Shown piece after piece: positions 49,728 through 61,447 of a DNA stretch of 64,000 bases. The position numbers were made by a program, and so were the translations under genes. The DNA is from an uncultured Gammaproteobacteria bacterium (GTDB taxonomy: Bacteria; Pseudomonadota; Gammaproteobacteria; SZUA-229): assembly GCA_963847575.1 (NCBI GenBank), contig CAWKAL010000045.1, positions 14,942-78,941 on the forward strand, read 5' to 3'. Position 1 is the stretch's first letter. The number at the start of each line of letters is the position of its first letter. The notes below the pieces were generated by a model that had not been told where the DNA came from, ran no database searches, and saw only the letters and a program-made list of their open reading frames with translations.

Positions 49728-51609
49728 TCGATATTATGGACGTCATCGACAAGCTGCAATTTCTACGGCCTGAATGGTTTTTTACCTTCATCCCGTTATT
49801 ACTCTACATCGTGTTTGCTGTGCGGCGTAAAACCACCAGCGTTAGCTGGCAGTCAGTATGCGATGCGAATTTACTGCCGCACCTGCTCAGCGATACCACG
49901 CACAAACACAGTCGCTGGCCGTTATTTATTATTGCGCTTGCAGCCAGCCTGAGCATAATTGCCATGGCCGGCCCGGTGTTACACAAACTGCCGCAACCGG
50001 TGTTTCGTGAAACTTCATCACTGGTAATCGCGCTTGATGTTTCGCAGTCGATGGATGCAGCCGACATCAAGCCCTCGCGGCTTGAACGCGCAAAACTCAA
50101 ACTGCTCGACATACTCGCTATGCGCAAGGGCGGACAAACCGCACTGATTGTGTACGCCGCCGATGCTTTTACGGTAACGCCGTTGACTGATGACACCGCC
50201 ACCATTGCCAACCTTGTGCCCGCGCTTGAAACCTCGTTGATGCCGGCACAGGGCAGTCGCGCGACCAAAGCCATAAAAAAGGCGCGCGAGTTATTACTGC
50301 AGTCAGGCGCCAGCAACGGTGACATTCTGTTGATGACCGACGGCATTCGTGCCAGCGACCTCGAGGCTATCGAACCCCTGCCCGCGCAATACATTCGCCT
50401 CTCGATGCTCGGTTTCGGTACGCCTGAAGGCGGGCCGATTCCGCTCGAAACCGGCTTTCTGCAGGATCGCAATGGCGCTATCGTGATTCCAAAACTTGAA
50501 CCTGGGCTGTTGCAGTCCGCGGCAAAACTCGGCGGCGGGCTGTATCTCAACATGCAGGCCGATGACACTGACATTAAACGCCTCGGCAAACTGTTCAATA
50601 ATGTACGCGCGCGTCAGAACAGCACCGCCACCGAACTCACTGCTGACAGCTGGCGCGAAGAAGGCCCGTGGTTATTATTGCTGGTGATCCCGCTTGCAGC
50701 ACTCGGCGCTCGCCGCGGCTGGCTGGCATCAGTGGTTTTATTGTTCATCTCTGTCCATATCCCGCAACCTGCCTACGCAGCCGACAGCATGCTCGATGCT
50801 TTAAAACTTGATCCGCAATACCTGTGGCTGACACCGGACCAGAAAGCCGCACGCAGACTCGAACAGGGCGATGCGGCCAGTGCCGCAGAGATGTTCCAGC
50901 AACCACACTGGAAAGCCGCGGCGCAATACCGTGCGGGACAATACGAACAGGCCTTAGACACCCTGCCCGAAGCGCAAAGCGCTGACACGTATTACAACCG
51001 CGGCAATGCCCTGGCGCAATTGAAACGCTACGAAGAAGCGCTTGCCGCCTACGATGAAGCGCTGAAACTGGCGCCCGATCTCGATGATGCAAAATACAAT
51101 CGTGACCTGGTCGAAAAAGAACTTGAAAAGCAGCAGGCACAACAACAAAACCCGCAACAGGGACAACAACAGGATCAGGATCAGGACAAGCAACAACAGG
51201 ACAGCCAGCAGCAAGATCAACAACAACAGGACCAGCAGTCGGCGCAGCAGAATCAGTCAGAACGGGATTCACAATCCGAAAGCGAGCAGCCATCCGAACA
51301 GGAACCAGAACAGCAGCAAGACCCGTCGAGCGATCAGGCAAAACAGGAACAAATGCCCGAGACCGAAAAAGAAAAAGATGACTTAAGGGCCGAGCAGGAC
51401 AAACCTGACGAGGAAAACACCGAACAACAGGACACGCAGGAACAAATGCAGGCCGACTACAAGGACAATGCCGAAGCCAGTGAAGATGAACAGGCTAGCG
51501 AGCAATGGTTGCGCCGGATTCCCGATGACCCGGTGGCCTGTTGCGTCGCAAATTTATTTATCAGTACGGCCGCCTGCCGGACCAGGTCGAGGATGAACAA
51601 CCATGGTAA
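49724..51609 (+). CDS. vWA plus TPR protein (BatB-like) with Gln/Asp/Glu-rich linker; apparent 1-nt frame disruption near 51533
   Basis: vWA MIDAS DVSQSM; TPR repeats (YYNRGNALAQLKRYEEALAAYDEALKL); after ..QWLRRIPDDP the conserved ending GGLLRRKFIYQYGRLPDQVEDEQPW* is in the +1 frame ending at 51609. Confidence 0.75.
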
Positions 51610-53308
51610 AGCGTTTCCAGTTAATCAGCACCGTGTTGTGCATTATATGTGTCGGCTTCGTCGGCAGTGCGCAGGCGGCCAACATTACCGCCAAACTCAG
51701 CCGCAACCCGGTATTGCTGGACGAATCGTTTCATCTGATATATGAAAGCCGACAGCAATGTGGATGATCCTGACTTCAGCGCACTCACCCAGAATTTTGA
51801 TATTCTAAATAGTTCACAAAGCACCAACATGCGTTCGATCAATGGCAACTGGAGCTTAAAAAAATCCTGGGACCTCGCCCTGATCAGTAAAGCGGCCGGC
51901 ATATTTACCATTCCGCCGATTCCATTTGGCAATGACATGAGTCCGTCGCTGCGCATCACTGTTAAACATTCCAATCCACAAGAATGCACCGCAAAAACCC
52001 GGCGACCCTGGCGCAAATATTTATATCGAGGTTGAAACCGACGTTAAACAGGCCTGGGTGCAATCACAAATTGTCTACACCATTCGGCTGTTCAGTAATA
52101 TCCCGGTCGGCCGCCCCACGCTAAGCGAACCCGAAACCGATAATCCCGATACAATTTTCTTCAAGCTGGGCGATGTGAATAATTACGAAGCGTTTCGCAA
52201 TGGTGAACGCTTTGCCGTGAGTGAACTCAAGTTTGCCGCCTTCGCGCAGCACAGCGGTGAGCTGACCTTCAAGCCGGTATTGTTCGAAGGCCTGGTGTCC
52301 AGCGGTAAACCCAGATCATTATTCGACAGCCTGACTCAACGCGGCACGGTCAAGCGCCTGCGCTCTAAACCGGTCAGCGTGAAAATAAAACCCATCCCGG
52401 CACAGCAGGACGTCAGCCAGTGGTTACCTGCAAACCAGATCACCCTGGTCGAAGAATGGTCGGATGACATCACCGCGCTCAGGGCCGGTGAACCGGTGAC
52501 CCGCACAATCACCTTGATTGCCAAAGGCCTCACCGCGGAGCAACTGCCCGAACTCAAGTTCGCGGACATCAAGGGGCTGAAACAATACCCGGACCAGGCC
52601 GCTCAGGAAAACGAAAACACCAGCGAAGGTGTGATCGGCACACGCACCATGAAAGTGGCGCTGATCCCCGGTGCGCGTGGTGAATACCGTTTGCCTGCGC
52701 TGAACATTCCGTGGTGGAACACACAAACCGGCAAGGCTGAAATGGCCACACTGCCGGAAACCGTGCTGCGGGTCAGCGGTGTGGCCAACATTCTGTCGAA
52801 TCCACCGCAGCTACAAACACCGGTGACAGCACCTGCACAAAACCAGCCTGCCGCAACCGCAGGCAGTGTGGTTGAAGACCCGCGTGCAGAGTACTGGCGC
52901 GGGTTGAGCATCGCCCTCGGTATCGGCTGGATACTGACCCTGATTCTGCTGCTGCGCAAACGCGCAGGCACTCCACGGCCGTCGAACAAAACCGCGTCAC
53001 TGGCAACACTTGCGCGCGCGGTGCAAAAACACAGCAAGGCCAACCAGCCGAGCGAAACGCGCCAGGCATTGCTGGACTGGGCGAAAACCAAATGGCCGCT
53101 GGCGCACATCGCCAACCTTGCCGATGTGGCACAGCATTGTGATGCCGAACTCGGCGCTGCAATTCGTGCATTGAACTCGGCGCTCTACAGCGCCACGCCC
53201 GGGCATTGGCAAGGCGAAGCACTCGCCAGCGCGTTTAGCCGGTTTCGCGATACACCCGATACCGGCGGGCGCACACCAGGCGCCACGCTGGAACCACTGT
53301 ATAAATAA
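51604..53308 (+). CDS. BatD-like oxygen-tolerance protein, with two apparent frame disruptions (about 51750 and about 52030)
   Basis: Three consecutive frames: MVKRFQLISTVLCIICVGFVGSAQA..FHLIYESR / ..SNVDDPDFSALTQNFDIL..FTIPPIPFGNDMSPSLRITVK / ..VYTIRLFSNIPVGRPTLSEP.. to the end. Together they form a BatD-family protein with signal peptide and C-terminal TM. Confidence 0.65.
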
Positions 53309-53465
53309 AGCATTATGCAGGCACACGCCAGTCAAACTTAAATCCGAACCGGTTTGGTGGTAAAGTTGGCGCCTGGCGTAGCACTTCGCACGCCCCGAAA
53401 TAACAGCCTGCGAAGACTACACACGGTAGAGTTTCCGGCCATTATCATCATCACTGGAGTCCACC

Positions 53466-54692
53466 ATGAATTTGTCTCTCGGTAACGAAATACTCGTATG
53501 GGCATTTGTGCTCGCCTTCGTTATTGGCGCAATCGCCAGCCGGAGTAATTTTTGCACCATGGGTGCGGTGTCTGACTGGGTCAACATGGGTGACAAAAAC
53601 CGCCTGCGTTCGTGGTTTCTCGCGATTGCCGTCGCCATTGCCGGGGTCGCCTGGATGGAATACGCCGGGCTGGTCGACATGAGCCTCACCACCAATAACG
53701 CGACGTCCAATCCGCCCTACCGGGTGAGCACTGTTGTCTGGCTGCGCTATATCGTCGGCGGCATCCTGTTTGGCATCGGCATGACCTTCGGCAGCGGCTG
53801 CGGAAATAAAACCCTGGTACGCCTCGGCGGCGGCAATGGCAAATCACTGGTGCTGCTGGTGTTCATCGGCATCGCCGCGTCGCTAATGATGTTTACCAGT
53901 TTTGACCACCTGGTATTCCTGCAATGGATGACCCCGCTGGCGACCGATCTTTCATTACACGAAATCCCCGGCCAGTCACTCGGCCAGATCGCGGCGGGGC
54001 TCACCGGATCAGACGCAGCTGACATAATGAACCCGCTGCTGGGCGCAATCATCGCACTGCTGATCGCGGTATGGGTTTTCAAGTCAGCGGATTTTCGTAG
54101 CAGTTATGACCTGGTTGCCGCCGGACTTCTAATCGGTGGCGCCATCGCTGTGGCGTGGTACATCACCGCCGGCGCTACCGGTCAGAGCTATCTCGAAGAA
54201 CTCGAATTTGCCGAAGTACGCCCCTATGCTGTCGGTGCGCAATCGTATACCTTCATTGCCCCGCCGGCACACGCATACCAGTATATCGAACAGGGCTTCA
54301 ATAAAAACTTTCTGAGCTTTGCACTGGTGGGCGCAATTGGCGTGCTGGTCGGCGCGTTTGTATATTCAGTGCTGTCGCACAATTTCCGTTTTGAATGGTT
54401 CAGCTCGATGAAAGATTTCATCACCCATGTCATCGGCGGATTATTGATGGGCACCGGCGGCGTACTCGGCATGGGTTGCACCATTGGCCAGGGCATCACC
54501 GGCACCTCGACGCTGGCGGTGGGTTCTTTTATCACCCTGGTGTCGATTATATTTGGCAGTGCACTCACCATGAAAATCCAGTACTACAAACTGGTGTACG
54601 AAGAAGAAGCGTCATTTGGCAAAGCGCTTGTAACATCGCTGGTGGACATGAAACTGCTGCCGGGCGTCATGCGTAAACTCGACGCGGTATGA
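53466..54692 (+). CDS. YeeE/YedE family sulfur-compound (thiosulfate-type) transporter
   Basis: 408 aa polytopic; two conserved Cys-loops GSGCGN and GMGCTIG characteristic of the YeeE/YedE (TsuA-like) family. Confidence 0.85.
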   Translation: MNLSLGNEILVWAFVLAFVIGAIASRSNFCTMGAVSDWVNMGDKNRLRSWFLAIAVAIAGVAWMEYAGLVDMSLTTNNATSNPPYRVSTVVWLRYIVGGILFGIGMTFGSGCGNKTLVRLGGGNGKSLVLLVFIGIAASLMMFTSFDHLVFLQWMTPLATDLSLHEIPGQSLGQIAAGLTGSDAADIMNPLLGAIIALLIAVWVFKSADFRSSYDLVAAGLLIGGAIAVAWYITAGATGQSYLEELEFAEVRPYAVGAQSYTFIAPPAHAYQYIEQGFNKNFLSFALVGAIGVLVGAFVYSVLSHNFRFEWFSSMKDFITHVIGGLLMGTGGVLGMGCTIGQGITGTSTLAVGSFITLVSIIFGSALTMKIQYYKLVYEEEASFGKALVTSLVDMKLLPGVMRKLDAV

Positions 54693-54866
54693 TACGCGCC
54701 CGGGCACTGTCTCAGTGCAGGCCGGCCCGGCGTGCACTGTCATGATAATCACGGCACAGCTGCAACGCTGATACACATGGGTTTATTATTTGTATATGAT
54801 GCTTTGTATGCAACCACGTCGCCCGCATCCTGTCAGACTATCCTTTAAGCCAACCAAGAAAGCGTA

Positions 54867-56607
54867 ATGCACATAATGCAGCGCGTGCTGCTCATCCTGC
54901 TGTTCTGCATGTGTTCAACCACAGTGTTTGCGCAGACCAGCGTTACTGTCGACATCAGCGGTGTCTCACAACCACTGGTAGATAACATTCGGCTGTTTCT
55001 CAGTATTGAACAACAAAAAGACAACGCCTTATTGAGCGAAGGACGCCTGCGCCGGCTGCATAAAAAAGCCCTGGCTGAAATTACCAGTGCCCTGCAACCC
55101 TTCGGCTATTATCGTCCCGTGGTCGCATCCAGCCTGATGATGGTCAGCCCGGAACGCTGGAAAGCCAGCTACCAGGTCGACCCCGGCCCGGCACTGCGCA
55201 TTGCACAACTGAACATTAGCATCAGCGAGCCGATGCGTAGCGATCCCGAATTTGAAACCCTGCTCAGCAAGCTGCCACTTCACACCGGCGACGTGTTTGA
55301 TCACCTGCTCTACGAAAAAATCAAATCCAGCCTGGCACGGCTGGCCGCCGAGCGTGGTTACTTTAATGCACAGTTTGTAGAGCACCGTGTCGAGATTGAT
55401 CTTGACGCCTACGAAGCGCGTGTATTTCTCAAATATGAAGGCGCTGTGCGTTATCGTTTCGGTGAAGTCTCCCTGCAACAGGATGTACTCGATGAAGATT
55501 TGTTACGGCGCTATATCCCGTTTGAAACCGGTTCACCCTACACCCTGGGTGAGTTAATAGATTTTCAGCAGGCGCTTAACGACAGCGATTATTTTCGCAC
55601 CGTTGAAGTATCCCCCGGCCAGGCACTGGCCGACAGTGATGAAATTCCGGTCAACGTGTCACTGACACCGCGCAAACGCCATCGCTTTAGTATCGGCCTG
55701 GGCTACGGTACTGACTCGGGTGCGCGCACCAAGTTCGGCTGGCAGATTCCGCGGGTGAATACCAAAGGCCACCGCTTTGATACCGAAATCAAACTGTCCC
55801 AGATCGGTTACAGCCTGAGTGCAAATTACCGCGTGCCGGTGCTCAACCCGCGCACTGATCAAATGATTTATAGCGCCGGTGTCATCAATGAAAAAACCGA
55901 CACCAGTGACAGCACCGTGCGCACTGTCGGTGCCAGCCTCAAACGCAGCCGTGGCGAATGGCGTGAATCCATTTCACTCAACTATCAGCAGGAAGATTAT
56001 ATTATCGCCGACACCAGCGGTGATTCCACCCTGCTGATGCCCGGCGTGAGCTGGAGCCGCACCTGGGGCGACAGTTTTATCTACGCCATCGACGGCCTGC
56101 GGTTTGACATCAGCCTGCGCGGCGCCAACGACAAGTATGTGTCCGATACCAGTTTTTTCCAGGCCCAGGGCGGCATCAAGGCGATTAACACGCCGATACG
56201 TAACAACCGAATTATCGCGCGTGGCAGCATCGGTAGCACCTGGACCAATAACTTCGACCAGCTGCCGTCATCAGTGCGTTTCTTTACCGGCGGTTCGCAG
56301 AGTGTGCGTGGTTATGCTTATCAGATCACTCGGCCCGGTCGATGAAGACGGTGATGTCATCGGGGGCAAGTATTTGATGACCGGCAGCATCGAGTTCGAA
56401 CACTATTTTGAAAGCAAGTGGGGTGCGGCGGTGTTTTATGATGCCGGTAATGCGATGGATGATTTCAGCGACAAGCTCGCCCGCGGTGTTGGCTTTGGCA
56501 TGCGCTGGCAATCGCCCATCGGCACGGTGCGCATTGATCTTGCCAGCGCGCTGACGCTGGACGGCAATCCCTGGCGCATACACATTAATATCGGGCCGGA
56601 CTTGTGA
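54867..56607 (+). CDS. tamA: translocation and assembly module outer-membrane subunit TamA, with an apparent frameshift near 56320-56335
   Basis: Signal peptide; POTRA domains; Omp85 barrel. First frame ends ..SVRGYAYQITRPGR*; second continues ..SLGPVDEDGDVIGGKYLMTGSIEFEHYF...RIHINIGPDL. Confidence 0.8.
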
Positions 56608-59600
56608 AACGCTGGCGCCTGGTAATCCTGCTAGTACTGTTGTTGCCGGTGATTGCACTGGGCTGGCTACTGGCCACCGAAAGCGGTTTGCAATGGGCGT
56701 ATCGACAGGCGCAGCCGTACCTGCCTGAAACATTCAGTATGCAACAACTCTCGGGCAGCCTCGCCGGCCCGATGACGCTTGATGCTGTGCGATACACGCA
56801 GGACGGCGTGCAGGTCAATGCTGAAACCATCATCATCGACCTGCGACTGCTTTCCTTGCTCACTGCCAATATTGATATCAGCCGACTGACCATCAAATCG
56901 CTCGATATCGTGTTAGCGAAAACCCCGACACCTGAGCAGACACAAACGCAAATAGACAAAATCACCCTGCCCGACATCAGCCTGCCCTGGCTCACCGTGA
57001 TAAGACAGGCCGAGGTGGACGGCTTTAGCCTGACGCAGGATGAACAAAATTTTACGCTTAATCAGATCAAACTCAGTGCGAGCACGCTGTTCAGTCAAAT
57101 CGATATCAAACAGCTCGATGTCATTGCAGAGTCATTCAGTTTTAATCTCAGGGGAAAACTCAAAGCCGAGAAGCGCTATAAACATACGCTGAAGCTGGAC
57201 TGGCAAACGACCCTGCCTTCCAGCGAACTGCTCAAAGGCAGTGGACAGCTCAAGGGCGACATACACGCTACGCAGTTAACACAGAAATTGTCCGGGCCGT
57301 TGCAGTTAAGTCTCGATGGCAATATTAACGACCTGCTTGATCAGCTCAACTGGCAGGCCAGTGTCGATGCCAGCGCGTTTGATCTGCAGAAACTCGACCC
57401 CGGCCTGCCGCCACTCAGCGGCGCATTAAAATTTAAAGCCCGGGGCGACCTCGCTACCGCAACCGCGTCGGGAACGCTCGACGGCAACACCCCCGAGACC
57501 GGCGCGTTCGATGCCGCGTTTGAACTGCAACGCCTGGCGGATAACAAGATTAAAATTAAACAGCTAACGTTGCATTCAGCCATCACCCAGACGCAGCTCG
57601 CAGCCAACGGTCGCTGGCAACCGGCGAGCAACGGCGGTGACGTCGAGCTTGCACTCAAGTGGACAAATTTACGCTGGCCCATGCTGAGCGAACCGACCTG
57701 GTTTAACAGCGCCAGCGGCGATGGCACGATTGCCGGTTCGCTTGATAGCTATCGCATCGAGTTGAATACCGACAGCCCCTGGCCAGAGTACATCCCGTCT
57801 GCATGGCAGGCGAAGGCGACCGGCAATCTCGAGGGACTCGAATTCCAGTCTTTGCATATCAATACGCTCGAGGGTGAAGTCAATGCAACTGCAAAACTCG
57901 ACTGGAAAACCAGATTCAACTGGACCGCCGACATCACCGCCGCCAATATCGACCCCGCGGGATTACTGCCGCAATGGCCGGGAAAACTCAACGCAAAACT
58001 GAGCAGCACCGGCCGCTATGAAAACGACCAGTTAATCGCAGAGGCTGACATCAGCAAATTGAGCGGCGTGTTGCGCGGCTACCCGGTTGCATTGCGCAGT
58101 CGGCTTGGCTGGAAAAACGACAGCCTGGCTATTTCGCAACTCAATTTTAATTCCGGCAAGTCGCAGCTCACACTCAACGGACAGGCCGGCGATAGTCTTA
58201 AACTCGACTGGACAATTAACTCCAGCAACCTCGCCGAACTCTATCCCCAGGCTCAGGGCACATTGCAGGCAAAGGGCCAGCTCGACGGGCCACGCGATAC
58301 CCCGGTGGTGAAAGCCAGCTTCAATGGTAAAGATATAAAATTGCCCGGTGTTGCGCTCGGCCTGATCGAGGGCACGGTGGCGATAGACCTGTTCAAGTGG
58401 CAGCAGATAGATGCCAGGGTAAACGCGCAGGCGCTCAATCTAAGTGGCAACCAGCTGCAAACACTGAGCATTAATGCCAATAACCAGCACATGCAGGCCA
58501 AGGCCGTTTCAAAACTGGCCACCACCGTGATCGAGCTCAAGGGCGAATCCTGGGCGCAGGGCTGGCGCGGTCAGCTGGTTCAATTTAATGTGAACAGCAC
58601 GCAATTTGATAACTGGCAACTCGACAAACCCGTCGCACTCGATATCAGCCAGGATCGTTTTATTGCCGATACGCTCTGCTGGCACAGCACTAAAGCTGCG
58701 AGCTTGTGTACCACGCTTGAACAAAAACAAAGCGCCTGGCACGCCAGCATAAAAGCACAAAAACTTCCCCTGCTTGTATTCAGCCCGTGGCTACCGCCCG
58801 ACATGAAACTTGAAGGCCTCGCCAATGCAACCGCCACGCTGCAATACCAGGCACCGGACCAGCTGCTCGGCGAAGCCAGTATCGATTTGCCTGCAGGCGT
58901 GGTCAGTTATCCCTTGCTGGAAGGTGAACGCGAACGCTGGGAATACCGCACCGGCAAACTGCTGGTTTCACTCAATCAAAAAGCCATCGATGCCAGCGCA
59001 GATTTCGCCATGACCAATGGCGATCGCCTGCACGCCGAACTGACCTTGCCGGGTGCAAACCTGCTGAGCATGGATACGTCACAGACTATACAGGCGAGCG
59101 CGCAACTGGGCATCCACGAACTCGGCATCATCGAAGCACTGGTGCCGGAAATTCAGGACCTGCAGGGCGAAGTTGAAGTCAGTATTTCCGCTGCCGGCAG
59201 CCTGGCCCAGCCCCGGTTCAAGGGCAGTGCCCAGTTACTCAAGGGCGGCCTGCGCATTCCACGCCTCGGGCTGGATGTAAAACAGCTAAGCCTGAACGCA
59301 CAGAGTGACGGCTTTGAAAAACTCAACTTTAAACTTAGCGCGAACTCCGGTGATGGCACCCTGGTGCTGGCGGGCGTCACCCGGCTCGACAGCGCTGCCG
59401 GCTGGCCGACCGAAATCACCATCAAGGGCGACAATGTTGAAGTCTCGCGCATTCCCGAAGCACGCGTGAACGTCACACCTGATCTGAATATCAAACTGCA
59501 ACACCGCACGCTCGATATCAGCGGCAAAATCCATGTGCCCTACGCCAAACTGCAACCCAAAGACATCACCACCGCCGCGCGCACGTCTGATGATGCAGTG

Positions 59601-60341
59601 ATCATCGGCGGACAACAGCTGGCTGAACAGAAATGGACCACGGTCACAAAAGTCCGCGTCACCCTCGGCGAGCGCGTGAACTTTAATGGCTTTGGTTTTG
59701 AAGGCCGCTTCGGCGGCAGCCTGCTGGTCGAAGACGAACCCGGACAACTAACCCGTGCCACGGGTGAAATCACCGTGCCCGAAGGCCGTTATCGCGCCTA
59801 CGGCCAGCGCCTCGAAGTCGAACACGGCCGCGTGCTGTTTACTGGCGGCCCCCTGACCAACCCCGGGCTGGATCTGCGCGCCGTGCGCCGGGTGAATAAC
59901 GTGACCGCTGGCCTCAGGGTCAAGGGCAGCCTGAATCAACCGGTGCTGGAACTGTTCTCCATCCCGACCATGGGTGAAACCGATGTACTGTCTTACCTGT
60001 TACTCGGCCGCCCGATCGAAAACGCTTCCGACGAAGAAGGCGCGATGATGGCAAAAGCCACGCTCGCGCTCGGCCTCAGCGGCGGTGATCGTATTGCACG
60101 ATTACTGGGCGACCGTTTCGGGCTGGATGAAATGCGTGTCGAAAGCAGCGAAAGCGGTGACCAGGCATCACTGGTGGTCGGGCGTTATCTTTCGCCCAAA
60201 CTCTACGTGAGTTATGGCGTTGGCCTGATCGAAGCCATCAACACCCTGACCGTGCGTTACCAGATCAGCCAGAAATGGCAACTCAAGGCTGAAAGCGGCG
60301 AAGCCCATGGCGCGGATATTCTGTATACCTTCGAACGTTAA
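56604..60341 (+). CDS. tamB: translocation and assembly module inner-membrane subunit TamB (DUF490)
   Basis: 1245 aa; N-terminal signal-anchor MKRWRLVILLVLLLPVIALGWLLA; long beta-rich repeats; conserved C-terminal DUF490 (..LYVSYGVGL...RYQISQKWQLKAESG); GTG start overlapping the tamA stop. Confidence 0.9.
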   Translation: MKRWRLVILLVLLLPVIALGWLLATESGLQWAYRQAQPYLPETFSMQQLSGSLAGPMTLDAVRYTQDGVQVNAETIIIDLRLLSLLTANIDISRLTIKSLDIVLAKTPTPEQTQTQIDKITLPDISLPWLTVIRQAEVDGFSLTQDEQNFTLNQIKLSASTLFSQIDIKQLDVIAESFSFNLRGKLKAEKRYKHTLKLDWQTTLPSSELLKGSGQLKGDIHATQLTQKLSGPLQLSLDGNINDLLDQLNWQASVDASAFDLQKLDPGLPPLSGALKFKARGDLATATASGTLDGNTPETGAFDAAFELQRLADNKIKIKQLTLHSAITQTQLAANGRWQPASNGGDVELALKWTNLRWPMLSEPTWFNSASGDGTIAGSLDSYRIELNTDSPWPEYIPSAWQAKATGNLEGLEFQSLHINTLEGEVNATAKLDWKTRFNWTADITAANIDPAGLLPQWPGKLNAKLSSTGRYENDQLIAEADISKLSGVLRGYPVALRSRLGWKNDSLAISQLNFNSGKSQLTLNGQAGDSLKLDWTINSSNLAELYPQAQGTLQAKGQLDGPRDTPVVKASFNGKDIKLPGVALGLIEGTVAIDLFKWQQIDARVNAQALNLSGNQLQTLSINANNQHMQAKAVSKLATTVIELKGESWAQGWRGQLVQFNVNSTQFDNWQLDKPVALDISQDRFIADTLCWHSTKAASLCTTLEQKQSAWHASIKAQKLPLLVFSPWLPPDMKLEGLANATATLQYQAPDQLLGEASIDLPAGVVSYPLLEGERERWEYRTGKLLVSLNQKAIDASADFAMTNGDRLHAELTLPGANLLSMDTSQTIQASAQLGIHELGIIEALVPEIQDLQGEVEVSISAAGSLAQPRFKGSAQLLKGGLRIPRLGLDVKQLSLNAQSDGFEKLNFKLSANSGDGTLVLAGVTRLDSAAGWPTEITIKGDNVEVSRIPEARVNVTPDLNIKLQHRTLDISGKIHVPYAKLQPKDITTAARTSDDAVIIGGQQLAEQKWTTVTKVRVTLGERVNFNGFGFEGRFGGSLLVEDEPGQLTRATGEITVPEGRYRAYGQRLEVEHGRVLFTGGPLTNPGLDLRAVRRVNNVTAGLRVKGSLNQPVLELFSIPTMGETDVLSYLLLGRPIENASDEEGAMMAKATLALGLSGGDRIARLLGDRFGLDEMRVESSESGDQASLVVGRYLSPKLYVSYGVGLIEAINTLTVRYQISQKWQLKAESGEAHGADILYTFER

Positions 60342-60651
60342 TAAGTTACTTGCCGGCTGTTTTCAGCACTCGATGTTGTTCCCAGCTGGCTGGATACATT
60401 CTCGGCCCGCAGCTATCGGCCTGATTAGACTGCAGGTATCGATATCGCGCTTCGGTTCGCTTTTTCATTGAACCTCAACCGGAGCTGGATCATGCTGATG
60501 CGAAAATTGACCCGCAGATAGCGTCCTGCTGCGAAATTCAGTGAACCCTTGCGCCCCCGGGCGGTCTACCGGAGCCGATAATAATCGATTTCTTATGGCA
60601 TACTGCCCGTTATATCATTGAAAATCCCATAAATTAAAGTGAGTATTAAAT

Positions 60652-61326
60652 ATGAATAAAACCCTGATTGCTGCGTTTACCGCGCTGTCTGTTCTCTCTG
60701 GCTGCACCACGTTTGACGCCTATACCGGCGAAGAAAAAGTCTCCAGCACCGCCAAGGGCGCCGGCATCGGCGCAGGTATCGGCGCGGTGGTTTCTTACGT
60801 TAAAAACAAGGACGCCAGCAGTGCCGACCGCCGCAAACGTATGCTCACCGCCGCCGGTATCGGCGCAGTCGCGGGTGGCAGCGTGGGTTACTACATGGAC
60901 ACCCAGGAAGCCAAGCTGCGCAAACAGTTACGCGGTTCAGGCGTTAGCGTAGTGCGCGAAGGTGACAACATCAACCTGGTGATGCCGGGCAATATCACCT
61001 TCAATACCGGCAATGCGATGATCAACAGCAACTTCTACGATGTACTGAATTCAGTCGGCATCGTGCTGGAAGAATTCGACAAAACCATCGTCGCTGTTTC
61101 GGGTCACACTGACAGCACGGGCGCCAGCAGCTTTAACCAGGGCCTGTCGGAACAACGCGCGCAGTCGGTCGCAAACTACCTGAAATCGCGCAAAGTGGTT
61201 GATGCACGCATCGAAGTCATCGGCTTTGGCGAAAACCAGCCGATTGCTGACAACGGCACCGCGGAAGGCCGCGAACAGAACCGTCGTGTAGAACTGACAT
61301 TGTTACCGATCGTCGAAGAGTCTTGA
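60652..61326 (+). CDS. OmpA-family lipoprotein (YiaD-like)
   Basis: 224 aa; lipobox LSVLSGC; glycine-zipper; C-terminal OmpA domain (..GHTDSTGASSFNQGLSEQRAQSVANYL..NRRVEL). Confidence 0.85.
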   Translation: MNKTLIAAFTALSVLSGCTTFDAYTGEEKVSSTAKGAGIGAGIGAVVSYVKNKDASSADRRKRMLTAAGIGAVAGGSVGYYMDTQEAKLRKQLRGSGVSVVREGDNINLVMPGNITFNTGNAMINSNFYDVLNSVGIVLEEFDKTIVAVSGHTDSTGASSFNQGLSEQRAQSVANYLKSRKVVDARIEVIGFGENQPIADNGTAEGREQNRRVELTLLPIVEES

Positions 61327-61348
61327 TAGCCCACAGGGCATAAGGTAC

Positions 61349-61376
61349 AAAGGGAGGCACTGCCTCCCTTTTTATT
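61349..61376 (+). terminator. rho-independent terminator after the ompA-like gene
   Basis: aaagggaggcactgcctcccttttt: 9-bp stem agggaggca/tgcctccct followed by a T-run. Confidence 0.8.
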
Positions 61377-61447
61377 GCCTGCTGCTTAAGCGAGAATAAA
61401 ACCAGGGCTTAATGAGTCTAATACTGATCAGAGCCGAGGAGATCACT

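Noticed and set aside
49804-51341. 264-aa and 198-aa minus-strand ORFs inside batB
   Set aside because: Antisense to the vWA/TPR gene. The second arises from the low-complexity Gln-rich linker.
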